Shown here one piece after another: positions 51,512-60,941 of a stretch of 64,000 bases of DNA. The stretch comes from an uncultured Bacteroidaceae bacterium (GTDB lineage Bacteria > Bacillota > Clostridia > Christensenellales > CAG-917), in the NCBI GenBank assembly GCA_964637515.1, contig CAZWUI010000001.1, positions 45,739-109,738 of the forward strand. The letters are read 5' to 3'. The first letter of the stretch is position 1. Each line of letters opens with the position of its first letter. Position numbers and translations under genes: made by a program. The notes beneath the pieces are model-generated. The model was not told the origin of the DNA, searched no databases, and saw nothing but the letters and a program-made list of their open reading frames with translations.

Positions 51512-53557
51512 CTACGCACCGAAATTCACTTCGACAGGCGCACCGTCAAGGACGGCGTAATACAATTTCTCTCGTCCGTCACGTCCGATAAATGCGATTT
51601 TTAACTCCGTGCGTTTGCGGTTGTCTACGGGCGAAATCGTCAATCTATTCCCGCGGTTTGCAAACTCGATACCGCTTCCGTCGTCGTCACGCATAACGTA
51701 ACTATTCTCGCCCTCGTACACTCTGACTTCAAGGCAATCGAAAGATTGCGAGTTGCCTCTTCTGTCCGCTATCATAGGCACGATACCGCCGTCTTTCACG
51801 AAAACGGGTATGCGGTCAAGGGGGGATTTGATTTCGTAGACCTGTCCGCCGTCGTAGCGCTCTCCGGTGAAAAAGTCCGTCCAACCACCGCTTGGCAGAT
51901 AGACTTTCGTCACCGCCACTCCGTTTTTCATCGGGGACGTGACCGGTGCGACAAGCATCTCGCTTCCGAAGAAATATTCGTCCTTTGCCTTGTAGCCGTT
52001 TTTGGACTTGTCAAGGTAGTATATCGGCATCATCAAAGGCACGCCGTCCTTTGCGGTCGCTACGTTTGCGGTGTAGAGATAGGGCAAAAGTCTATGGCGC
52101 AATCTCAAAAAGTCTGTCGCGATTTTCTCCGCCTTATCGCCGTACAACCACGGCTCTTTGCTCCAAGATTTGTTGTTGGAGTGCAGCCTGTTGATGGGGG
52201 AAAACACCCCGAATTGTATCCATCTGGTGTATAATTCCGCATTTCCCTTGCCAAACAGGTGTCCGCCTATATCGTGCGACCACCAAGAATAGCCGACGTT
52301 TGAAGCGGTGGCGGTGAAGTAAGGCTGAATTTTAAGGCTCGCCCAAGTCACGCTCGTATCCCCCGAAAAACCGAGCGGATAACGATGAGATCCTACGCCT
52401 GCGTATCTCGACAACACGAGTGCTTTTCTGCCGTCCCTACCTGCGTCAAGCGTGTGATAGTGGTTGAGCGCCCAAAGCGGATCAAAACCTTTGAGTTTGG
52501 ATTTCGTGCCCTGTTGCCAATCTATCCACCAAAAATCCACACCTTCGTTTTCGTATGGGTGGTGCAAAACGTCGAAATACGATTTCACGTATCTCATAGA
52601 CGTGAAGTCAAATTCGATCTGCTTTTTGGTGTCGGGATTTACGCCGTTGGCTCTTGCCATTTCGGGATATTGTTTTTCAAAATATCTAACGCCGTCGCGA
52701 GGGTGCAAGTTCATCGTGATTGCAAGTCCATTGCCCTTGAGCGTATCGAACATTGCCTTGTAGTCTGGGAAGAGTTTTTCGTTGAACGTGTAGCCCGTCC
52801 AGCCCCTACCCTGAAAACTTTTGTACTCTGCATCTTTCGGGACGTCCTTGACGAGATGCCAATCCATATCTATTGTTGCGACGGTGAAAGGAATATCCTT
52901 TTTTTCGAACTCGCCCATAAGGTCGAGATATTCTTTTTGGGTGTATGCGTGGTAACGTGACCACCAGTTGCCGAGAGCGTATTTCGGGATGAGCGGAGTG
53001 TAACCCGTCAAGCCGTAAAACTCTTTGAGCCCGCCGAGATAGTCGTCGTCGAAAGCGAAAACGTACTTGTCCGTCACGCCGTATTCGCGCGGGGAAACAG
53101 TGCCGTCCGCATTCAAAAGCAAGGAGTGCGAATCGTCAAGCTCGGTGACTCCCGAAGTCGAAAAAAGCCCGTTTCCCATTCTGACGAAAAGGGTGTCGAG
53201 CTTGATCCAACCAAAACTGAAATCAAGGGTGCGTGCGGTGCCTTTGAGGTTTCTTCCGTGACGAGCGTCCCGCCAACCGTCCCCCTTTTTCACAAGCACG
53301 TTTGCGGTGTGTTTGTTGATGAAAAATTCCTTTTCTTTCGTCACAACACGTACTTCATCTTTCGTTTTTGTGTATGTAAACTGCGGATTTGCGAAATTTC
53401 TGCAAACGACCGACTGCGACGGTCTGTCCTCAAATTTTCCGCCGACAACGTGTTCAAGTCGAAGGATTCTGTCCGTGATAACGGTGATGCGGAAATCCCC
53501 GTCAACTATCGTATTTTCTGATTTTGCAGGGGCAAGAGATACGCCGAATCTGTCCAT
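51512..53557 (-). CDS. GH31-family glycoside hydrolase (specificity not assignable)
   Basis: 681 aa. The (beta/alpha)8 core has KDIPFTVATIDMDWH and GVDFWWIDWQQG (the variant of the GH31 W-x-D-M-N-E nucleophile block seen in non-glucosidase GH31 subfamilies) plus RYPLGFSGD. Confidence 0.8.
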   Translation of the reverse strand: MDRFGVSLAPAKSENTIVDGDFRITVITDRILRLEHVVGGKFEDRPSQSVVCRNFANPQFTYTKTKDEVRVVTKEKEFFINKHTANVLVKKGDGWRDARHGRNLKGTARTLDFSFGWIKLDTLFVRMGNGLFSTSGVTELDDSHSLLLNADGTVSPREYGVTDKYVFAFDDDYLGGLKEFYGLTGYTPLIPKYALGNWWSRYHAYTQKEYLDLMGEFEKKDIPFTVATIDMDWHLVKDVPKDAEYKSFQGRGWTGYTFNEKLFPDYKAMFDTLKGNGLAITMNLHPRDGVRYFEKQYPEMARANGVNPDTKKQIEFDFTSMRYVKSYFDVLHHPYENEGVDFWWIDWQQGTKSKLKGFDPLWALNHYHTLDAGRDGRKALVLSRYAGVGSHRYPLGFSGDTSVTWASLKIQPYFTATASNVGYSWWSHDIGGHLFGKGNAELYTRWIQFGVFSPINRLHSNNKSWSKEPWLYGDKAEKIATDFLRLRHRLLPYLYTANVATAKDGVPLMMPIYYLDKSKNGYKAKDEYFFGSEMLVAPVTSPMKNGVAVTKVYLPSGGWTDFFTGERYDGGQVYEIKSPLDRIPVFVKDGGIVPMIADRRGNSQSFDCLEVRVYEGENSYVMRDDDGSGIEFANRGNRLTISPVDNRKRTELKIAFIGRDGREKLYYAVLDGAPVEVNFGA

Positions 53558-53566
53558 ACGACCTCC

Positions 53567-54139
53567 TTATTCTTCTATTGCGCGAAGCACTATTGCGATG
53601 AATTTGCAGTCCTTTCCGCCGACGGCTATCATGCCGTGGGGTTGTCCGCTATCGTAGTACGCAGTGTCCCCTGCACGCAAAATTTCAGTCTTGCCGTTGA
53701 TGATGATTTTCAACTCACCGTCAAGGATATAATCCATTTCTTGTCCCTTGTGCGTGGACAGGGAAATGGGTTGTTCTTCCGCTTCTTTGCTGTACGGCAC
53801 GGACACCAAAAACGGATCTGCGGTGCGCCCGCGAAAGTTTTGCGCAAGGTGTTCGTATCTGAAAGAATGGCGCCTTTCGGTGAGCACGCCCTGCCCTGCA
53901 CGCACGATACTATAACTCGAAAGTTTGGGGGTATGACCGGTGAGCAGTGCGGTCACGTCCACTCCGAATTTGCCTGCGCAATTATACAAAAACGTGACTG
54001 AAAAATCCCTTTCACCGTTCTCGTATTCGAGATAAGTTTTCTCGTCTACGCCCGTGACGGCGCACATTTCTTCGACGGAAACTTCGGTGATTTCTCTCAA
54101 TGCTTTGAGTCTTTCTGCTATTTCTGCGGTCCTTGACAT
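53567..54139 (-). CDS. XRE-family HTH regulator with cupin domain (paralogue of 3358..3903)
   Basis: HTH (IAERLKALREITEVSVEEMCAVTGVDEKTYLEYENGE) and cupin (HKGQEMDYILDGELKIIINGK..GDTAYYDSGQPH). Start ATG 54139 with SD GGAGA; the track's TTG 54151 was rejected. It ends 10 nt upstream of the GH31 gene. Confidence 0.85.
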   Translation of the reverse strand: MSRTAEIAERLKALREITEVSVEEMCAVTGVDEKTYLEYENGERDFSVTFLYNCAGKFGVDVTALLTGHTPKLSSYSIVRAGQGVLTERRHSFRYEHLAQNFRGRTADPFLVSVPYSKEAEEQPISLSTHKGQEMDYILDGELKIIINGKTEILRAGDTAYYDSGQPHGMIAVGGKDCKFIAIVLRAIEE

Positions 54140-54252
54140 ACGTTTCTCCAAACGGCAACGGAGTGCCTTACTTTATTTCATAAAGTATTTTAGCAAACGC
54201 AACCACCGTTGTCAATAGCGGATGAGTTTTCATAGAATACTTCGGGTGTATT

Positions 54253-55968
54253 ATGTGCGGAATTATCGGAATTTCAGGAAAAGGCAAGGTTAAATCCCTA
54301 CTCTTAGACGGGCTTTCCGCCCTTGAATACCGCGGTTACGACAGTGCGGGTGTTGCTTTCGGCGGCGAGAATATCGACGTCTATAAGTGCGGCGAAAGAG
54401 TGGGTGCGCTATCAAAAATCATACCACAATCGTCGGACGGGAACGTGGGTATCGGGCATACACGTTGGGCAACACACGGCGAAGTGTGTGCGAAAAACGC
54501 TCATCCCCACCTATCTCCAAACGGAGAGTTTGCGATAGTACATAACGGTGTTGTCGAAAACTGCGACGAATTGAAAGAAATTCTGCTATCAAGCGGAAAA
54601 AGTTTTTCATCGGATACGGACAGCGAAATCATCGCTCACCTCCTTGAAAAAAACTACCGTGGGGATATGCTCTCCGCAGTCAAAGATACGGCGGATATGC
54701 TCGTCGGCTCGGCAACGTTCCTTGCAATCAAAAAAGGAGACGACAAGGTCTATTGTCACAAAAGGGGGACCGCTCTCGTCGTCGGAGAAAACGACTTCGG
54801 GGGATTCGCAAGTAGCGACGCTCTCGCCCTTCAAAACCACTGCGAAAACGAATGTGTGCTATCCGACGGAGATATTGCCGTCGTCGGTGCGGACGGAGTG
54901 AAAATTTACCGAAACGGCAAGGCGGTAGAATGCGAAAAGATACCATTCTTCCAAAAACCGCCCGCAAAGTGCGACTGCCATATGAAAAGCGAAATCGAAG
55001 AAATTCCCACCGCTCTTGAAAGCACTTTTGCGACTCCTATCCCCGGCGACTGCGTTTTGAAAATCAGGCAATCGGAGCGGATAGCGATTTTTGCGTGTGG
55101 GACGGCATACCATGCGGGGCTATACGGAAAGTGCGTTTTTGAAAAGATTGCGGGAATACCCACCGACGTTTACGTTGCAAGCGAAAGCGACGACGTCAAA
55201 TTTCTATCCCCTACGGTTTTCGCGATTTTCATCAGTCAGAGCGGGGAAACTGCGGATACTCTGCAAGCACTCAAAAAACTGAAAACTCTAGGACTCCCTA
55301 CCCTTGCAATCACCAACGCACCATTGAGCACGATAACTTTCGATGCTGACTATTCAATTATTACAGGGGCGGGTGCGGAAATTGCAGTTGCCGCCACAAA
55401 GTCGTATAATTGCCAGTTGCTATCTCTCTATCTACTATCGTCAAAAGTCGCCGGACGAAACAACACGTGTGCGGTCAGGGGAATGATTGCATCCGCAAGG
55501 GGAATGGTGCAATCAACAAAAATCACCGAAAGCGCAACCGCCAAAAAACTATTTTTCATAGGCAAGGGTGCGGACGGAATAACCGCAAAAGAAGGTGCGT
55601 TGAAATTTAAGGAAATCACTTACAAGATGACGGATGCCTATCCGTCGGGGGAATTAAAACACGGTGCGATTGCGCTAGTCGATGAGAGCGCACTCGTCGT
55701 TGCCATTGCGACAAACGTAGCAGACAAAGAGCGCACACAAGCGACGATAAAGGAATTGAAAACGAGAAAAGCAACCGTTGTAACTTTGTCTGCAATAGGT
55801 GATTTAGGCGGCGACGAAACAATACACCTACCCCCTATCGACGATGAAATTCTCTATCCGATTCTTGCAATAATACCCCTTCAAAAACTTGCGCTCGAAA
55901 CTTCGTTGTCCCTTGGGATAAACCCCGACAAACCGCGAAACCTTGCAAAAAGCGTGACAGTGATTTAG
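54253..55968 (+). CDS. glmS: glutamine--fructose-6-phosphate aminotransferase (isomerising)
   Basis: N-terminal MCGI(I/V)G nucleophile Cys, two SIS domains (..FISQSGETADTL.., ..EGALKFKEITY..AYPSGELKHG..) and C-terminal ..NLAKSVTVI. At 571 aa it is shorter than the usual ~600-610. Confidence 0.9.
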   Translation: MCGIIGISGKGKVKSLLLDGLSALEYRGYDSAGVAFGGENIDVYKCGERVGALSKIIPQSSDGNVGIGHTRWATHGEVCAKNAHPHLSPNGEFAIVHNGVVENCDELKEILLSSGKSFSSDTDSEIIAHLLEKNYRGDMLSAVKDTADMLVGSATFLAIKKGDDKVYCHKRGTALVVGENDFGGFASSDALALQNHCENECVLSDGDIAVVGADGVKIYRNGKAVECEKIPFFQKPPAKCDCHMKSEIEEIPTALESTFATPIPGDCVLKIRQSERIAIFACGTAYHAGLYGKCVFEKIAGIPTDVYVASESDDVKFLSPTVFAIFISQSGETADTLQALKKLKTLGLPTLAITNAPLSTITFDADYSIITGAGAEIAVAATKSYNCQLLSLYLLSSKVAGRNNTCAVRGMIASARGMVQSTKITESATAKKLFFIGKGADGITAKEGALKFKEITYKMTDAYPSGELKHGAIALVDESALVVAIATNVADKERTQATIKELKTRKATVVTLSAIGDLGGDETIHLPPIDDEILYPILAIIPLQKLALETSLSLGINPDKPRNLAKSVTVI

Positions 55969-56111
55969 CGAATTAGGCGGAGCGGCAAGCACATATGCCG
56001 TTGTTTTTGCAAACTGAAACAATGGTATATAAAATACAAAACACGAGGTTTATCGTTTGATTTTCAAAAGATAAACTCCGTGTTTGAATAATTATTACGT
56101 TTGCGTTATTA

Positions 56112-56858
56112 CTACTTTTGTAGGTCGCGAACCACTTTCGTCACGTCTTCGTGTATTGCAATTTCGGCAAGTCCGTCCGCATTTGTTTCCCCTTTGTTGA
56201 CTAGCACGAGATGCTTGCCTTCGAAAAATTCAACAAGGGATGCGGCGGGATAGACGACGAGAGAAGTCCCCACCACAAACATAACGTCCGCCTGGCTGAT
56301 TGCGTTTATCGCTCCGTCCAAAACAAAGCTGTCCAAATTCTCTTCGTATAGCACGACGTCGGGGTGTATCACTCCACCGCAAGCGTCGCATTTCGGCGCA
56401 CCGTCCGCACTCATCACGTAGTCAAGATTGAAAAATTTTCCACAGCGCATGCAGTGATTGCGATATACGCTTCCGTGCAATTCGTACACGTTTTTAGCAC
56501 CCGCCGCGGAGTGCAAACCGTCTATGTTTTGGGTGACGGTCGCAAGCAACTTCCCTTCCTTTTCAAGATTTGCGAAATACTTATGCGCTACGTTTGGTTT
56601 TGCGTTTCGGTAAATCATTTTGTTCTTGTAGAAGTCGTAGAAACCGTCGGTGTCGTAGGAAAAATAGGTGCGCGACAACATATACTCCGCACTGAATTTG
56701 CCATGGGAAGTGTTATACAATCCCCCTGCGCTGCGGAAGTCGGGTATGCCGCTGGGCACGGATATGCCCGCCCCCGTGAAAAGCACTCCGCATTTCATGT
56801 CGCGGACGACCGCTTTCAACTCTTCGATTTTGCTTTCGTATGATTTATCCATAACCAC
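56112..56858 (-). CDS. cobB: NAD-dependent protein deacylase, Sir2 family
   Basis: GAGISVPSGIPDFRSAGGLY, TQNIDGLH, Zn site CMRCG..CDACGG, and VVGTSLVVYPAA. Confidence 0.9.
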   Translation of the reverse strand: MVMDKSYESKIEELKAVVRDMKCGVLFTGAGISVPSGIPDFRSAGGLYNTSHGKFSAEYMLSRTYFSYDTDGFYDFYKNKMIYRNAKPNVAHKYFANLEKEGKLLATVTQNIDGLHSAAGAKNVYELHGSVYRNHCMRCGKFFNLDYVMSADGAPKCDACGGVIHPDVVLYEENLDSFVLDGAINAISQADVMFVVGTSLVVYPAASLVEFFEGKHLVLVNKGETNADGLAEIAIHEDVTKVVRDLQK

Positions 56859-56960
56859 CTCATTCCCATCATACCACCCTTTCTAAAATAATTCAACTCG
56901 TGAAATTATTCAACGCTTGATAAATAGTGTGATAAGTGATAACATAATGGAGAGGTAACT

Positions 56961-58157
56961 ATGAAAAACACTTTCAACGAAAAAATGTACGAACTCGGCT
57001 CTCATCGCAGCGTCATCAGAGAGTTGTTCGAATACGGCAAAAAGCGCGCGGAAGAAGTCGGAGCGGACAAAGTCTACGACTTCTCTCTCGGCAACCCCAA
57101 CGTGCCTGCGCCCGCGTGCGTAAACGAAGAAATCAGTCGCCTATCCACCCTTCCCGACAGCACCGCAATTCACGGCTATACGTCGGCACAAGGGGACGTC
57201 GTCGTGCGCAAGACGATAGCGGACGATTTGAACGGTCGTTTCAACGCACATTTTGACAAGGACTTCGTCTATATGACTTGCGGGGCCGCCGCCTCTCTCA
57301 CGATAACCCTACGCGCACTTGCAAACGCAGGGGATGAGTTTGTTGTATTCGCACCGTTTTTCCCCGAATACAGAGTGTTCATCGAAGGCGTAGGCGGAAA
57401 AGTCGTCGTCGTGCCTTTCGTAGAGCCCGATTTCACACCCGACTTCACTGCGTTTGAAAACGCTATCTCCAAGAATACGAAAGGCGTCATCGTCAACAGT
57501 CCCAACAATCCGTCGGGTGCGGTTTACGACGAAAACACGGTGAAAAAGATTGCAAAAATCATGCAGGATAAGCAAGAAGAGTTTTCGACAAATATCTTTC
57601 TCATCGCAGACGAGCCGTACCGCGAAATCGTCTACGACGGAAAAGTCGTGCCCTTCCTGCCCGAATATTACCCGAATACCGTCGTGTGCTACTCTTTCTC
57701 GAAATCCCTTTCCCTTCCCGGAGAGAGAATCGGATATATCGCACTCCCCGACTCCCTTGACGGCAAGGAAGAATTGTACCCCGCAATTTGCGGAGCGGGC
57801 AGAGTTTTAGGGTACGTCTGCGCGCCGAGCCTTATGCAAAAAGTAGTATCCGCCTGCATATCCGCCCGTCCCGACGTGGACGCATACAGAGAAAATCGCG
57901 ACCTACTCTACGGCGCACTCAACGAAATAGGCTACACTTGCGTGCACCCCGACGGAGCGTTTTATCTATTTGTCAAAGCACTTGAAGACGATGCCAACGC
58001 ATTCTCCGACCGCGCGAAAACTTTTGGGCTTCTCCTCGTCCCTGGCGACAGTTTCTCTGCACCGGGCTACGTGCGTGCATCCTACTGCGTAAGCGGAGAT
58101 ATGATTCGTCGCTCTATCCCCGCTTTCAAAGAACTTTTCGACAGTTATCAAAATTGA
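56961..58157 (+). CDS. pyridoxal-phosphate-dependent aminotransferase, class I (aspartate/aromatic-type)
   Basis: ..NSPNNPSGAVY.., ..YSFSKSLSLPGERIGY.. (PLP-Lys block), ..VRASY.. Substrate not assignable. Confidence 0.85.
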   Translation: MKNTFNEKMYELGSHRSVIRELFEYGKKRAEEVGADKVYDFSLGNPNVPAPACVNEEISRLSTLPDSTAIHGYTSAQGDVVVRKTIADDLNGRFNAHFDKDFVYMTCGAAASLTITLRALANAGDEFVVFAPFFPEYRVFIEGVGGKVVVVPFVEPDFTPDFTAFENAISKNTKGVIVNSPNNPSGAVYDENTVKKIAKIMQDKQEEFSTNIFLIADEPYREIVYDGKVVPFLPEYYPNTVVCYSFSKSLSLPGERIGYIALPDSLDGKEELYPAICGAGRVLGYVCAPSLMQKVVSACISARPDVDAYRENRDLLYGALNEIGYTCVHPDGAFYLFVKALEDDANAFSDRAKTFGLLLVPGDSFSAPGYVRASYCVSGDMIRRSIPAFKELFDSYQN

Positions 58158-58198
58158 TTGCGATTCAAAATAATCAATCAAAAAGCAGAGTATGAAAA

Positions 58199-58228
58199 AG
58201 CCCGTCGGTGAGACGGGCTTTCCTTTTG
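58199..58228. terminator. bidirectional rho-independent terminator
   Basis: agcccgtc-ggtga-gacgggct, flanked by AAAAA and ttccTTTT. Confidence 0.65.
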
Positions 58229-58239
58229 TGATTTTTGGT

Positions 58240-58596
58240 TTAGGCAAGAATTTCACTTTCTTTTTCAAGTATATTTGCGCAAGCGGTGCATGCGGGACAA
58301 TCACAATATTTTGCGCCGTCCTTTTTCAGCTGTTCCGCATGGAGCGCAAAACCTTCCGCCTTATCCCCGAAAATCTGTTTGCAGAGCGGAGAGCATGTGA
58401 ATGCAAGAAGTTCGTCTATGGTTTCGACGTCCTCTTTCAATTCTTGGATATATTTTTCTGTTTCCGCTTTTTCGTCCGCAGTGCCGACGGATGCAAGCCA
58501 TTTTTCTGCCGCCGCCTTGACTTCACTGCAAGCGGTCGGAGCGTTCAAAAGTGCGTGAGTTTGTTCGATAACGTAATTTTTGATTTCGTTCGTCAT
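58240..58596 (-). CDS. small Cys-rich hypothetical protein
   Basis: 118 aa, helical and acidic, with a C-terminal cluster YCDCPACTAC plus upstream C..C (FTCSPLC). Start ATG 58596 with SD GGAGA; the track's 27-aa extension was rejected. Confidence 0.5.
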   Translation of the reverse strand: MTNEIKNYVIEQTHALLNAPTACSEVKAAAEKWLASVGTADEKAETEKYIQELKEDVETIDELLAFTCSPLCKQIFGDKAEGFALHAEQLKKDGAKYCDCPACTACANILEKESEILA

Positions 58597-58636
58597 ATTT
58601 CTCCTAAAAGGACACGGCAAACCGTGTCCGAAATTT

Positions 58637-59566
58637 TTAGTTCTTTTTGATTTTGATGTTGGAGATGACTTCTTCAACCTCTTCGGTTATGCGTTTGCGA
58701 CGGGGTTTGCCCATGAAGAAGACGACGAATGCATTGTAGCCTGCGTTGCCCGATACAAGACGGTTGATATAACCGAATTTGATAGGCACGCCGCCCGCAA
58801 ATTCTTTCAGTTTTTCCGCGAGCAAATCCGCATCGGGTTGGTTGCAAGTATGCTCGATGAGAATGAAGTCGTTTGCGTCCGCATCGTAGTATTCCTTGAA
58901 GTGTTGCACCATTTCCGCAATAGCCTTTTTCCTGCCCAACGCTTTTCCGAGCAAACCGACCTTTCCGTTGTTGTCAAGCTCGAAAACGGGTTTTACCTGC
59001 ATAATCATGCCAAGTAAAGCTGCGATTGTGGAAATTCTTCCGCTATGTTTAAGGTTTTTTATGTCGTCCACGATGAAGATATTGTGGGAGTTGAGTTTGT
59101 TTTCTTCGAGCCATTCGATGACTTCATCCATGCTTGCGCCCGCATCCTGCATCTTCTTCGCGTAGTAAACGAGAAGCCCTTCACTGCCGGCGCCCGACAG
59201 AGTGTCTACGATTTCAAGACGGCGATCGGGGTATTCTTCTTTCAATCCGTTCAGGACTGCATACATGCTGTCGTAACTTCCGCTCATACCCGACGAAAAC
59301 GAGATGAACAACAAATCCTTTCCGCTTTCGTCAAGGACTTTTTTGAACATATCGTAGGCGGTCGCGCGGTTGACTTGTGCAGTGTTGACAAGGTGTCCTT
59401 CTTTCAAAAGTTGATAATACTCGGGGTAATCGGGGCACTCCTCTTCAAACTCGTAACTCTTGCCGTTGATTGTGAAAGGCATGGGAAGTCTTGTGGTGGG
59501 GTGCTCTTCGTAATAGCCGAAATAAAGGTCGGCGGCGTTGTCTGTGACGATGATATAATCGCTCAT
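58637..59566 (-). CDS. DegV-family fatty-acid-binding protein
   Basis: MSDYIIVTDNAADL..; ..TAQVN..; ..FISFSSGMSGSY.., the characteristic DegV pattern. It has an unusual basic C-terminal tail (KPRRKRITEEVEEVISNIKIKKN). Confidence 0.85.
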   Translation of the reverse strand: MSDYIIVTDNAADLYFGYYEEHPTTRLPMPFTINGKSYEFEEECPDYPEYYQLLKEGHLVNTAQVNRATAYDMFKKVLDESGKDLLFISFSSGMSGSYDSMYAVLNGLKEEYPDRRLEIVDTLSGAGSEGLLVYYAKKMQDAGASMDEVIEWLEENKLNSHNIFIVDDIKNLKHSGRISTIAALLGMIMQVKPVFELDNNGKVGLLGKALGRKKAIAEMVQHFKEYYDADANDFILIEHTCNQPDADLLAEKLKEFAGGVPIKFGYINRLVSGNAGYNAFVVFFMGKPRRKRITEEVEEVISNIKIKKN

Positions 59567-59731
59567 ATTTTCTCCCTTGCGCCCGCAGTTTTACACGGAC
59601 GGAGCATTTTTGTATATTGTATCACTTTCATCGGTTGTTGTCTACCCATTATTATCTATCCTTAAATTAAGGGTTCTGCCCGCGAAAAATTTCTCTTGCG
59701 GTTGCGTGCGCGTTATTATATAATATCTACT

Positions 59732-60502
59732 ATGAGAAAAGATAAGATAACCATAGACAACTTTCGCGACTTCGGCGCGCTCACGACGGGGGACGGCAGA
59801 CGTTTCAAAGAAGGCAAACTCTTCCGCTCCGCCGCCCTGAAAGCGAAAACCGCTGCGGACAAACATTTCTTGGACGGTCTTGGCTTGGACGTTATCTTCG
59901 ACTTCCGCACCCCTATCGAAATCGAAGAATCCCCCGACTATATCCCGAAAGGCGCAAGGCACGTAGCGATTTCCATCCTTGACAGTGCAGACACCGAGAA
60001 TACTATCGTCTTCACCAAAAAGTCAAAACTGCACCTGCTCACCGCCACCGAAGAAGAAATGCAAGGACTCATTCGTGTCGTATCCGACACCTACGTCGAT
60101 ATGCCGTTTTCGGACGGATATAAGCAAGTTTTCGACGCCATGGACAAAGGTGAAACTATCGCTTTCCACTGCACTGCAGGCAAGGATAGGACGGGCGTTT
60201 GCGCTATGATTATCGAATTTGCTTTCGGCAGAAAAATCGAAGACGTCAAGTACGAGTATATGCTTTCAAACGAATACCGAGCGGATACGAATAGAAAACT
60301 CTACAAGTTGATGAAATTCTTTCACGCTCCCGCCCACTCCGTGAATGCGTGTATGTATGCGCTCACCAACCACGAAGAAAACTTCGACCTAGCCGTCAAC
60401 ACGATTTTATCCCGCTACGGCACAATTGAAGACTACCTAGCAAAAACCTACGATATAACCCCCGACCGCATCGCCCTATGGTCGAAATACTACCTTGAAT
60501 AG
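59732..60502 (+). CDS. protein-tyrosine phosphatase (Y_phosphatase3 family)
   Basis: NFRDFG..G..FKEGKLFRSA.. and the CX5R P-loop HCTAGKDRTG. Start taken at ATG 59732; the track's TTG 59696 would overlap the promoter. Confidence 0.8.
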   Translation: MRKDKITIDNFRDFGALTTGDGRRFKEGKLFRSAALKAKTAADKHFLDGLGLDVIFDFRTPIEIEESPDYIPKGARHVAISILDSADTENTIVFTKKSKLHLLTATEEEMQGLIRVVSDTYVDMPFSDGYKQVFDAMDKGETIAFHCTAGKDRTGVCAMIIEFAFGRKIEDVKYEYMLSNEYRADTNRKLYKLMKFFHAPAHSVNACMYALTNHEENFDLAVNTILSRYGTIEDYLAKTYDITPDRIALWSKYYLE

Positions 60503-60505
60503 TCA

Positions 60506-60536
60506 AAAACCGCCTTCATCCGAAAGCGGTTTTTTA
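60506..60536 (+). terminator. rho-independent terminator after the phosphatase gene
   Basis: aaccgcctt-catcc-gaaagcggtt followed by TTTTT. Confidence 0.75.
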
Positions 60537-60854
60537 ATGATATATGCGATTGTTATTTTCGCTTTTGTCCCCGTCCCCAAGAGGAAATCGACTGCTACAT
60601 AAAGCAAGTGCGTATTAACTCTCGCTTATAGCGAGTGAAAAACCGCACGAAAAAATTTCCGGCGTGGGTATTCCACCCGCTTTAATACCAAAACGAAAAT
60701 TTTGCGAAATACGAATTGAGTGACAGATTATGCACGAGTTGTAGCAAAAAATTTTCGTGCGGTAGAAGTTGCGTTACAGGCGCCGTCTGAACGGTTGCGC
60801 AGATAACCGCCGACGGCAACGACGCATAAGAAACTTGGATGCTGAACAAGGAAA

Positions 60855-60905
60855 CAAAAAATCCGACGACCGAAACGTACTTGTGTACGTGAGGGTGTCG
60901 GATTT
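60855..60905 (-). terminator. rho-independent terminator after the PrsA-like lipoprotein gene
   Basis: Minus strand has aatccgac..(inner stem acgtac/gtacgt)..gtcggatt followed by TTTTTTg. Confidence 0.65.
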
Positions 60906-60941
60906 TGCAGTTGACACTGTTATGCGCCAAATAGCGCCGTT

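Noticed and set aside
54140-54252. glmS ribozyme upstream of glmS.
   Set aside because: The interval is only 113 nt, is shared with a divergent promoter, and has no recognisable ribozyme core pairing. It needs cmsearch to be formally excluded.
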